This document shows positions 1 through 11,749 of a DNA stretch of 32,000 bases, piece by piece. The stretch lies in the NCBI RefSeq assembly GCF_001272835.1, contig NZ_CP010546.1:120001-152000 (forward strand), written 5' to 3'. Both the position numbers and the translations under genes were made by a program. Source of the DNA: Mycoplasmoides pneumoniae FH (GTDB lineage Bacteria > Bacillota_I > Bacilli_A > Mycoplasmatales > Mycoplasmoidaceae). The first letter of the stretch is position 1; every line of letters begins with the position of its first letter. The notes below the pieces were generated by a model. That model did no database searches, was not told the origin of the DNA, and worked only from the letters and a program-made list of their open reading frames with translations.

Positions 1-25
1 CAAATAAATACCAAAGGATCAATAC

Positions 26-2929
<2,904 letters not shown>

Positions 2930-2967
2930 AAGCCTTTGGTAGGAAATACGCAGGATTGTCGTTTTTG

Positions 2968-3075
2968 TTTGGTGCCCATGTCGCTGTGGAAACACCTGGT
3001 TCCATTTCGAACCCAGCAGTTAAGCACAGTGGAGCCGAATGTAGCTGTTTCAGTGAGAATAGGAAAGCACCAAGC
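2968..3075 (+). rRNA. rrf: 5S ribosomal RNA
   Basis: tttggtgcccatgtcgctgtggaaacacctggttccatttcgaacccagcagttaagc...aggaaagcaccaagc is colinear with Firmicute 5S rRNA (helix I ends tttggtg/caccaagc, loop ccgaac-like tcgaacc). It lies ~40 nt after the 23S. Confidence 0.9.
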
Positions 3076-3091
3076 GTCAAGAAGATAAAAG

Positions 3092-3120
3092 AGACTTAGG
3101 CCTATGCCTAGGTCTTTTTT
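3092..3120 (+). terminator. Rho-independent terminator of the rRNA operon
   Basis: 10-bp stem agacttaggc/gcctaggtct (one G-U pair), 4-nt loop ctat, followed by a T6 run. Confidence 0.8.
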
Positions 3121-3208
3121 ATTGTTTTGGTAAGCCAAAATAGTCCATTTTATAGCTGTTTTTACTTTGCGAAAAAAACAGAAAACTCCAAGCAATCAAT
3201 TAAAGCTT

Positions 3209-3217
3209 TGAGATAAT
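3209..3217 (+). promoter_or_regulatory. Candidate extended -10 promoter element (TGaGATAAT)
   Basis: tgagataat matches TGnTAnAAT-type extended -10 elements. It lies ~40 nt upstream of the permease ATG. No experimental support. Confidence 0.3.
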
Positions 3218-3221
3218 TAAA

Positions 3222-3257
3222 GGCTTTGGTACTAGTCAAAACCAAAGCCGATTTTTT
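3222..3257 (+). terminator. Terminator-like hairpin abutting the permease start codon
   Basis: Perfect 9-bp stem ggctttggt/accaaagcc, 10-nt loop, then gattttttc. The T-run ends 2 nt before the ATG at 3259. Confidence 0.6.
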
Positions 3258-3258
3258 C

Positions 3259-4818
3259 ATGAACCAACAATTAAATACCACCAGGAAAAGTACAGCTGCT
3301 AGGGGCAGAATGGGACTTGTTGGTGGTATTTTACTCGTCATTGGTACCTGCATAGGGGCAGGTATTTTCTTTAAGAGTGAACGGGTGTTGCAAAACATGG
3401 GCGGAAACACCACTTTAGCCTTACTGGTGTGGTTAATGGCAGGGATTACCGTGATCTTAATGGGGTTGGCGCTGGTTGAAATTACTGCTAAAGCAGCCTT
3501 TGATGACTTGGCATTATTGTCATGAACACAAAAGTTTACCAATAACACCTTTTACAAGGCCTGTAAGCGCTTTTTAATCTGGATTTACTTGCCCACTACC
3601 TTCTTCTTTATGCCGTTGTATTTGGTGCAATCACTCCAAGATGGTTTGCGTGGTTTTGGGGTCGCCAACCACTTCAATACACCACATGATTGGGCCATTT
3701 GAATGGTCATAGTGCTGTTGATTAACCTGTGATTTTTCTTTACGAGTGGTCTTAGTGTTAAGTGAACCAGTGTGCAGAATGTCGTGCTATTATTGCTCAA
3801 AGTAATTCCCCTAATAGCAGTGGTTATTTTAGCGCTGTGATTGGGTGCAAGTGCTGAACAAATGGAACGCCAACCAGTGGTTCCAGTCAAAGATTTTACT
3901 GCCATTTTACCCTTCTTTGGTTGGTTTAGTGCTATGGGCGCGATTTTCTTTGCTTTTGATGGTTTTTACGTGTCAGCAGCAGCGAAAACGCAGTTGAAAA
4001 AACCAAAAAAATTACCGCAAGTAATGTTGTTGGGCTTAGGGATTGTGGTACTGATTTACAGCTTAATTGCACTAAGTGTGAGTTTAACCACACCTAACGG
4101 TGCCTTTTCGGGACTTGGTGATTGGTTAAAGCACAAAAAGCTTGGTTGATTCTTTGGCGTGCTCAATCTCTTAATAGCGCTTGGAGTAGCTGGGATTATT
4201 AACGGTTTTGTAATGTGAACGGGAAAGTTAACCCAAAGCTTAATTAAATCAGGAGAGTTGTGGGTACCTGATAAGTGTAAGCTCTGTTTAAATAAGCCCA
4301 AGCCAGTAGTGGGTTTAATCCATGCAGGGATTTTGATGGTGTTAACTACCGTAGCACTTTCTAGTTTAGGTGGTTTGTTGTACTTACCTAAAGTTAATGC
4401 TTCCTATGACGGCAAGGGCTTTAAATCAATGGGGTGCTTACTGGAGTTTGCTGACTTAATTGCCACTTGGACTAGTGTCGGGATCTTTTGGTTCTTGGGC
4501 TTAGTTTTACTGGGTGGTTTATTGCAAATCAAGAAACCGAAGCGGTGGTATTTTAGAACAACGGGTTGGCTAGCTGTAGTAGTGATTGGTCTCACTACTT
4601 TAGTGGTCATGGTGCAACCGTTTGTAGATTTAGGAATAGCAGTGTTTAACCGTAGTTATGAACGGATTGTGGCTAACACTATTTTGATTGCTATTCTTGT
4701 GATAATTGTTTTAGTAATGTTCTTTCCAACCGAACCAATTAAGCTAAGACTTTGACGCAAACGAATCCAAGCCATGGAAGCGTGCGGTGAGGATTGTGAC
4801 GCTTGCGTGGAGTATTAA
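3259..4818 (+). CDS. Amino-acid permease (APC superfamily), 519 aa with 8 in-frame UGA (Trp) codons
   Basis: Track ORFs 3226-3525, 3841-4149 and 4258-4755 are all frame 1 and join through TGA codons. N-terminal [10 protein letters not shown] permease signature and about 12 hydrophobic segments. True stop is TAA at 4816-4818. ATG 3259 chosen; the TTG at 3226 lies inside the hairpin. Confidence 0.85.
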
Positions 4819-4993
4819 CTAAAACTATAAAAAATAAAACTGGATAACCAAGCATGTAATATGAACAAGTTAAAGCGGCATAGTTAATTTGCGCTTAATT
4901 TCTTTTGGGGAGTTACACCGGGTAGAGGGCGAGTTTTGCTGGTATGCTTAGCGCGTTTTTGTAAGATTTGGCTTTCTTTCTAGTGTTGCTGAA

Positions 4994-6619
4994 ATGCAAT
5001 TTAAGTATGGTGCGCTAATTTTTAGCGGCTTTTTAGGACTTTCAATAGTTCTAGCTAGTTGTGGGGCGAGGGGTAAATTTGATCAAGTTGATGATGGTAA
5101 GATTAAGCTAGCTTCATCTTTAACTTCTAGAAGTGCGTCAGCGGCTTTACAAAAAGTTGTTGAAAAGTACAACAAGGTTAAAGGTGTAAATGATTACCCC
5201 ATTGAGATTACCCAGATTGCTGGTGGTTATGATGGCGGGCGAACTGATCTCCAAACCCGGGTTAGTGTAAAGGATAAAACCAGCTTTTACAACATGATTC
5301 TAAACTACCCTGATTTAGTGTCGGTGTTAGCCCGTAACGGGATGGAATTACCGTTTGATGGAGTCAATGTTGACAAGTTATCTCCCAACTTCTTAAAGTT
5401 CAATGAACGCATTAGTGGCGTAGCGAAAAAAGCTAACTATGCCATTCCCATTTCGATGTCAACCGATATCTTAATCCTGAATGCACCGGTGTTGCACTAT
5501 ATTTTGAACAGTGTTAAGAAGAATGATGGCAACACTAAAGTTCAAGTTAAAGCTCAGTCAAAAGATTCACAAACAAAAGTTAAAGGTACTATGGAAATTG
5601 GCACTGATGAAAGTACTAAAAACTTATGAAGTGATATTCAAAAGAAAGCTGGCGAAAATGGCAAAGCTACTACTGAAGGCACGAAGAAGGCAGCAGCAAA
5701 GTCTACTCATTTAACTCTGTTAACTAAGTCGGAACAAAGTACTCAAGGTAATAATGGAGCATCTGAAAGTGATAAAAAAATTGAAGAAACTTGGGGTACT
5801 TACAGTGAAGTTGATGGTGGTCTAAAGAATTACACCTTTAAAGCCGATGTGTTTGATACTTGACATGGGTTGATCGATTTTTCAACGCGCGTAGCAAAAT
5901 CATTTAAAAACAAAGTTAGTGATATTTCCACTAAAAAGGGCACTGACATTCAGGGCGTTTTAGGTCTAGACAGTACACCAAATGCTTTGTTTACCTCAGT
6001 TTTTGCTGCAGGTGATAGTAACTTTGATAACTTCTTTTATAAGGTTAAAGATGGTCGCGCTGACTTTAGTAACTTTAACGAAAACGGTACCTCTTACAAA
6101 AATCTGGAAAAGGTTTTTAATGACTATAAAAAACTCACAGACAGCAACGGTTTGTTTGTCAATAAAGGGGGTTCTTACACCTCTAACTTCCAGAAGTTTC
6201 ACCAGTTAGCCTACAGCATTTCCTCCTCTTCTGGTTATGCTTATGCGTTTGCTGGTGAAAATTCAAAACGTTTAAAGTTCAACGACGATACTTTCATTGA
6301 GTACCCTAGTTTTACCCAGGAAATTCATGCGCCTGGTCAAAGTAGTCAAAAAGAAGGTGGACAGCAACAAAGCAACAGTAAAGATAACGGCAATCTTTTA
6401 GGCACTTTTACTATTGAAGCAGCGAAAAGTAAAACAAAAACAGAAGTTAAAAAAACTGAAGACACACAAAATCAAGGCAAGAAGGCTGAAGGCACACCTA
6501 ACCAAGGTAAAAAAGCCGAAGGGACCGAAAACCAAGGTAAGACTATTTTCCTTTATAAAACATCAATTCCTAATGATAAGCAAGATGGTGTTGACGCTGT
6601 ATTAATTAAAGACAAGTAG
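4994..6619 (+). CDS. Lipoprotein, N-terminal part of a solute-binding-protein-like (MG185/MG260-type) lipoprotein; ends at an in-frame TAG
   Basis: Signal peptide [23 protein letters not shown] with a lipobox Cys. Track ORFs 4994-5629 and 5870-6619 are frame 2 and join via TGA. Sequence resembles family-1 extracellular solute-binding proteins ([14 protein letters not shown]). Confidence 0.85.
6470..6541 (+). repeat. Tandem 30-nt (10-aa) repeat NQGKKAEGT(P/E), 2.4 copies, inside the lipoprotein gene
   Basis: aatcaaggcaagaaggctgaaggcacacct / aaccaaggtaaaaaagccgaagggaccgaa / aaccaaggtaag. The units differ mainly at synonymous positions. Confidence 0.8.
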
Positions 6620-7360
6620 TTAATTCAAAAACTAGAGCAAGCTAAAAATAATAACGGAGCCGAGAAAAAGGATAAGTCTGAAACTAAAACCAATGAAAAC
6701 AAAGGCACAGTCATCGGTTACACCACTACGAGTTTCCTGAATGCTGACAAAAAGCATGTCTTTGAAATTAGCAAGCTTAATGATGAAAAATACGACCGCA
6801 AGATTATCGTTGGTGCTACTGAGGAACAATTAGATCAATCAAGTACGTTACAAAGTGCGGAAGCAATTATCCTGCCAGCACCTGGTAAATACAGTGCCGA
6901 AAACCAGCATAAGGTAATGATGACTCAAGGTCCTAATCTAATTGGTATCCATACTAATACCAAGGAAAATGAAGAAACGCAAAAGTTTGTTAACTGGTTC
7001 TTAAATACCAGTCTAACTTGAGATAACAACGAAAGCAAAACACCAGCGCAGTACTTTACCGAGTCTGCTTCTTACATCCTGCCTTTAAAAGAAACTTTTA
7101 CCGGCTCTAACAACAAAGGTCAAAGCGGCAAGAATGACGGTAAGAATTCCAATAACACCTTTAAAGCCAAAGCACTAGAGCTCTTTAAGGAACAGAGCGA
7201 AAACAAAATAGTGGGTTACAGTGATCCAAGCGATTTCAGGGGTGGTAAATTCCGCGAATCAATTGGTTCTGCCTTTAACGCCACGGTCAATTCACACGTT
7301 GACTTTAATACTTTCGTTGCTAACTTCCGTGCTAACTTAGGTTCTGGTTACGATAAATAG
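6620..7360 (+). pseudogene. In-frame continuation of the lipoprotein ORF after TAG (C-terminal solute-binding-like half)
   Basis: Frame 2 stays open for 246 codons (one UGA) after the TAG at 6617-6619, ending at TAG 7358-7360. There is no ATG/GTG/TTG until ATG 6917. The ending ...[29 protein letters not shown] is typical of the C-lobe of binding proteins. Confidence 0.6.
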
Positions 7361-7364
7361 TTAA

Positions 7365-9056
7365 TCCCACTTCTCCCCCACGCTTTCCCGTTTCTCCACC
7401 GGGTTCAACCTCGCGGGGGCACTCCTCGACCAGGTGTTGGATTATATTCCCTGGATTGGGAATGGGCACAGGTATGGGAATGATCACCGGGGTGTGGATG
7501 ATATAACCGCGCCTAAAACCGGCGCGGGGTCGTCCAGCGGAACTAGTACGAACACAAGTGGTTCGCGTTCCTTTCTCCCGACGTTTTCGAATGTCGGCGT
7601 CGGTCTCAAAGCGAATGTCCAAGCCACCCTCGGGGGCAGTCAGACGACGACTACGGGGAAAGATATTCCCAAATGACCCACCCTCGACCAAGCCAACCTC
7701 CAGCTCTGAACGGGGGCGGGGTGAAGGAATGATAAGGCTACTGGGAATAACACCTAAGGCAACGAAAACCACACCAAGTTCGCGAGTGCTACGGGCACGG
7801 GCCAGCAGCAGGGTGGTTCTTCAGGTACAACTAATTCCGCGGGGAATCCCGACTCGTTAAAGCAGGATAAGATTAGTAAGAGTGGGGATAGTTTAACCAC
7901 GCAGGACGGCAATGCGACCGGTCAACAAGAGGCCACCAACTACACCAACCTCCCCCCCCAACCTCACCCCCACCGCTGATTGACCGAACGCGCTGTCATT
8001 CACCAACAAGAACAACGCGCAGCGCGCCCAGCTGTTCCTGCGCGGCTTGTTGGGCAGCATCCCGGTGTTGGTGAATCGAAGTGGGTCCGATTCCAACAAA
8101 TTCCAAGCCACCGACCAAAAATGGTCCTACACCGACTTACAGTCGGACCAAACCAAACTGAACCTCTCCGCTTACGGTGAGGTGAATGGGTTGTTGAATC
8201 CGGCTTTGGTAGAAACCTATTTTGGGACGACGCGTACGTCTAGCACTGCGAACCAAAACAGTACAACCGTCCCCGGTATCGGTTTTAAAATTCCCGAACA
8301 AAATAATGATTCCAAAGCCACCCTGATCACCCCCGGGTTGGCTTGAACGCCCCAGGACGTCGGTAACCTCGTTGTCAGTGGCACCACGGTGAGCTTCCAG
8401 CTCGGCGGGTGGCTGGTCACCTTCACGGACTTTGTCAAACCCCGCGCGGGTTACCTCGGGCTCCAGTTAAGTGGCCTGGATGCCAGTGACAGCGACCAAA
8501 GGGAGTTAATTTGGGCCCCCCGGCCCTGAGCGGCCTTTCGTGGCAGTTGGGTCAACCGGTTGGGCCGCGTGGAGAGTGTGTGGGATTTGAAGGGGGTGTG
8601 GGCGGATCAAGCTCAGTTGGCCGCGCAAGCAGCTACAAGTAGTGCCACCACCGCAACAGGGGCTACCTTACCGGAACACCCGAATGCTTTGGCGTACCAA
8701 ATTAGCTATACCGACAAGGATTCGTACAAGGCTTCCACTCAAGGTTCGGGTCAAACCAATTCCCAAAACAATTCGCTCTACCTCCATTTGATTAAACCTA
8801 AGAAAGTCGAAAGCACGACCCAACTCGACCAGGGCTTAAAAAACCTGTTGGACCCCAACCAGGTTCGCACCAAGCTGCGCCAAAGCTTCGGTACAGACCA
8901 TTCCACCCAGCCCCAGCCCCAATCGCTCAAAACAACGACACCGGTGTTTGGAGCCATGAGTGGTAACCTCGGCAGTGTGCTTAGTGGTGGGGGTGCTGGA
9001 GGAGCAGGCAGCACCAATTCGGTGGACCTCTCCCCCGTTGAACGGGTGAGTGGGTC
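7365..9056 (+). pseudogene. RepMP2/3 copy (silent paralogue of the C-terminal half of the P1 adhesin gene), interrupted by a TAA and a +1 frameshift
   Basis: Translation [34 protein letters not shown]...[20 protein letters not shown]...[20 protein letters not shown]...[11 protein letters not shown] is colinear with the remembered P1 sequence. Frame 3 runs to about 7959 with a TAA at 7755-7757, then frame 1 after a C8 run at 7952-7959. No start codon or promoter. GC-rich. Confidence 0.9.
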
Positions 9057-9292
9057 ACTAACCATTAATAGGAATTTTTCTTATTAATAGGAACTTTTCT
9101 TTCAAAAAAGTTTTGAAGTTATTTTGGTGTCTTTACTAACTTAAAGCAATTTAGTGAACGAATACCCAAAAAGTATGAAATTAGTTAAATTAACGAGGCT
9201 TCACCGCTTTTTAAAACAAGTTCAATTGCAACTTGTTCCTTTGTTTAGCCAAAACTTTTTGCAAGTTTTATTGGCGCTTCTCAATAAACCGG

Positions 9293-9307
9293 TCAATTTA
9301 TTTAGTG
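9293..9307 (-). repeat. Inverted copy of the 15-16-nt motif CCACTAAATAAATTGA (left boundary of cassette 1)
   Basis: tcaatttatttagtg is the reverse complement of the motif that ends the three ~190-bp repeats at 10325-10340, 13712-13727 and 15565-15580. Confidence 0.7.
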
Positions 9308-9425
9308 AAAACACAACAATGAAAACAAATAAAAAATACGCCTTTGCAGCGTTGCTAATGCAAGCTCAAGCTAAGCTCCCAAATTCATTTAAATTCTTTC
9401 TTTCAAAGAAAGGAGGTATGGCTTA

Positions 9426-9977
9426 ATGAAAGAGAAAATTCCGTTTTATAACGAAAAAGAATTCCATGACATGGTAAAAAAGACCAAAAAGGGCACTTTT
9501 TCGGGATGATACATCATTGACAAAGATAACAAAAGTGTGGAATTCTCTGGCAGTTTTAACAGACAATTTAAACTTAACAAACCGGTTATACCAGTGAACA
9601 CGGAATACGTAACGCGTAAAGAATTTAACGAATATAAAGTTTCAAACGACCAACGGCTTACAAAGATTGAAACCACTTTGGCCGCCCAAGGTGAACAAAT
9701 CAACAAATTGACTCAAACTGTTGAAAAACAAGGCGAGCAAATCAATCAATTAGTTCAAGTTGTGCTTCTTCACGGTGAACAAATCAACAAATTGACTCAA
9801 ACTGTTGAAAAACAGGGCGAGCAAATTAAAGAACTTCAAGTGGAGCAAAAAGCTCAGGTTGAGCAAATTAAAGCTCAAGGAAAACAAATAAAAGCTCAAG
9901 GAAAAACGCTTAAGTCGATCCTACAAGCACTTGGAGGAATAAATAAACGCTTGGACAAAATTGATCCACCTAAATAG
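9426..9977 (+). CDS. DUF16/UPF0134-family coiled-coil protein, 183 aa
   Basis: Strong SD aaaggagg lies 8 nt upstream of the [34 protein letters not shown]...[10 protein letters not shown]...[21 protein letters not shown] heptad repeats match the remembered M. pneumoniae DUF16 family. One UGA codon joins to track ORF 9537-9977. Confidence 0.9.
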
Positions 9978-9998
9978 TTTTTAGGCTAATAACAAAAG

Positions 9999-10041
9999 TG
10001 CCAGCAATTAATTTTATAAAGCTTATTTGCTGGTATTTTTA
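9999..10041 (+). terminator. Rho-independent terminator after the DUF16 gene
   Basis: 9-bp stem tgccagcaa/ttgctggta followed by ttttt. Homologous to the terminators at 14875 and 15327. Confidence 0.75.
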
Positions 10042-10059
10042 TTCACAACCAATAAACAA

Positions 10060-10340
10060 ATAAAAAGCCATCCACCGCGAGGTGAACGGTAGACGGCTAA
10101 AAATTTTTAATGATTTTGAAAACTAACGAAAAGTGTTAGTTTGAGTTGTAAAGCAGTTATGAATGTTTGTTCCTTTAAAAATTTGTTTGTTGTTTAGCTA
10201 AATATGTGCTGAAAGCCATTGCGTTAACATAAATAAATTAAGACATAAAAAATAAACACATTAATCAAATAAGTGTGGGAACAGAAAATCAGGCTTTCAA
10301 CACAAAATTTTCGTTTTTCTGCTCCCACTAAATAAATTGA
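10060..10340 (+). repeat. Structured dispersed repeat, copy 1 (diverged, longer middle); probably RepMP1/SDC1-related
   Basis: Shares aaaaagccatccacc..aggtgaa.gg.agac.gct, the hairpin aaactaac..aaag.tgttagttt, and the terminal ctgctcccactaaataaattga with the copies at 13538 and 15390. Confidence 0.75.
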
Positions 10341-10391
10341 GTTGGTTTTTAAAAACCGCCAAAAAATTTTTAATTTAGTTTTTGCTACTTT

Positions 10392-11711
10392 CCCCTCCCC
10401 CTCACGGGTGAAAACCCCGGCGCTTGGGCCTTAGTGCGCGACAACAGCGCCAAGGGCATCACTGCCGGTAGTGAAAGTCAACAAACCACGTATGATCCCA
10501 CTCGAACCGAAGCGGCTTTGACCGCATCAACCACCTTTGCGTTACGCCGGTATGACCTCGCCGGGCGCGCCTTATACGACCTCGACTTTAGTAGGTTAAA
10601 CCCACAGACACCAACGCGCGACCAAACCGGGCAGATCACCTTTAACCCCTTTGGCGGCTTTGGTTTGAGTGGGGCTGCACCCCAACAGTGAAACGAGGTC
10701 AAAAACAAGGTCCCCGTCGAGGTGGCCCAAGACCCCTCCAATCCTTATCGGTTTGCCGTTTTACTCGTGCCGCGTAGCGTGGTGTACTATGAGCAGTTGC
10801 AGCGGGGGTTAGCGCTCCCTAACCAAGGGAGTTCGTCAGGCTCCGGTCAACAAAACACCACCATTGGCGCGTATGGGCTGAAGGTGAAGAACGCCGAGGC
10901 GGACACCGCGAAGAGCAATGAAAAACTCCAGGGCGATGAATCCAAGTCTTCCAATGGATCTTCAAGCACTTCCACCACCACCCAACGTGGGGGTTCGTCA
11001 GGGGACACCAAAGTCAAGGCGTTGCAGGTGGCGGTGAAAAAGAAATCCGGGAGTCAGGGCAACTCCGGTGAACAAGGCACCGAACAGGTGGAACTTGAAT
11101 CTAATGATCTCGCCAACGTTCCCATTAAGCGGGGCGAGGAGTCGGGTCAGTCCGTCCAACTCAAGGCAGCCGACTTCGGCACCACCCCATCCAGTTCGGG
11201 ATCAGGCGGCAACTCCAACCCCGGTTCCCCCACCCCCTGAAGGCCGTGGCTTGCGACCGAGCAAATTCACAAGGACCTCCCCAAATGATCCGCCTCGATC
11301 CTGATTCTGTACGATGCGCCTTATGCGCGCAATCGTACCGCCATTGATCGCGTTGATCACTTGGATCCCAAGGTGATGACCGCGAACTATCCGCCCAGTT
11401 GAAGAACGCCCAAGTGAAACCACCACGGGTTGTGGGACTGAAAGGCCAGAGATGTTTTGCTCCAAACCACCGGGTTCTTCAACCCGCGGCGCCACCCCGA
11501 GTGGTTTGACCAGGGCCAAGCGGTCGCGGATAATACCCAAACCGGGTTTGATACAGATGACACCGATAATAAAAAACAAGGCTTTCAAAAGGAAGCTGAC
11601 TCCGACAAGCCGGCCCCGATCGCCCTCCCGTTTGAAGCGTACTTCGCCAACATTGGCAACCTCACCTGGTTCGGGCAAGCGCTTTTGGTGTTTGGGATTT
11701 GTTTGTCTTAA
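10392..11711 (+). repeat. RepMP4 copy (silent paralogue of the N-terminal half of P1); uninterrupted ORF once UGA is read as Trp
   Basis: Frame 3 is open from 10374 to TAA 11709-11711. Translation [60 protein letters not shown]...NRTAIDRVDHLDPK...FEAYFANIGNLTWFGQALLVFG is colinear with remembered P1 residues ~60-520. The only possible start is GTG 10434, with no SD. Confidence 0.9.
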
Positions 11712-11749
11712 TTAACTAACAAATTAATAAATAGGTCTATGGATTAATT

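Noticed and set aside
3162-4610. Minus-strand and alternative-frame ORFs over the permease gene (3162-3548, 3585-3905, 4056-4301, 4404-4610)
   Set aside because: They are antisense shadows of a well-supported plus-strand membrane-protein gene. No recognisable motifs.
4880-4960. Long-range pairing gcgcttaa...cttagcgcg followed by ttttt, as a possible permease terminator
   Set aside because: Only ~5-6 pairs with a ~50-nt loop. Too weak to call.
9154-9426. ORF 9154-9426, and the 35-codon uORF from ATG 9319 whose TAA overlaps the DUF16 ATG (TAATG)
   Set aside because: Low-complexity product with no SD, and it spans the inverted-repeat motif and the leader. The TAATG overlap is probably coincidental, but translational coupling cannot be excluded.
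11708-11719. The six-frame stop ttaattaactaa as a sign of an engineered insert
   Set aside because: Similar AT-rich stop clusters flank other natural RepMP blocks (7358-7364, 9085-9092). The context is ordinary genomic sequence.
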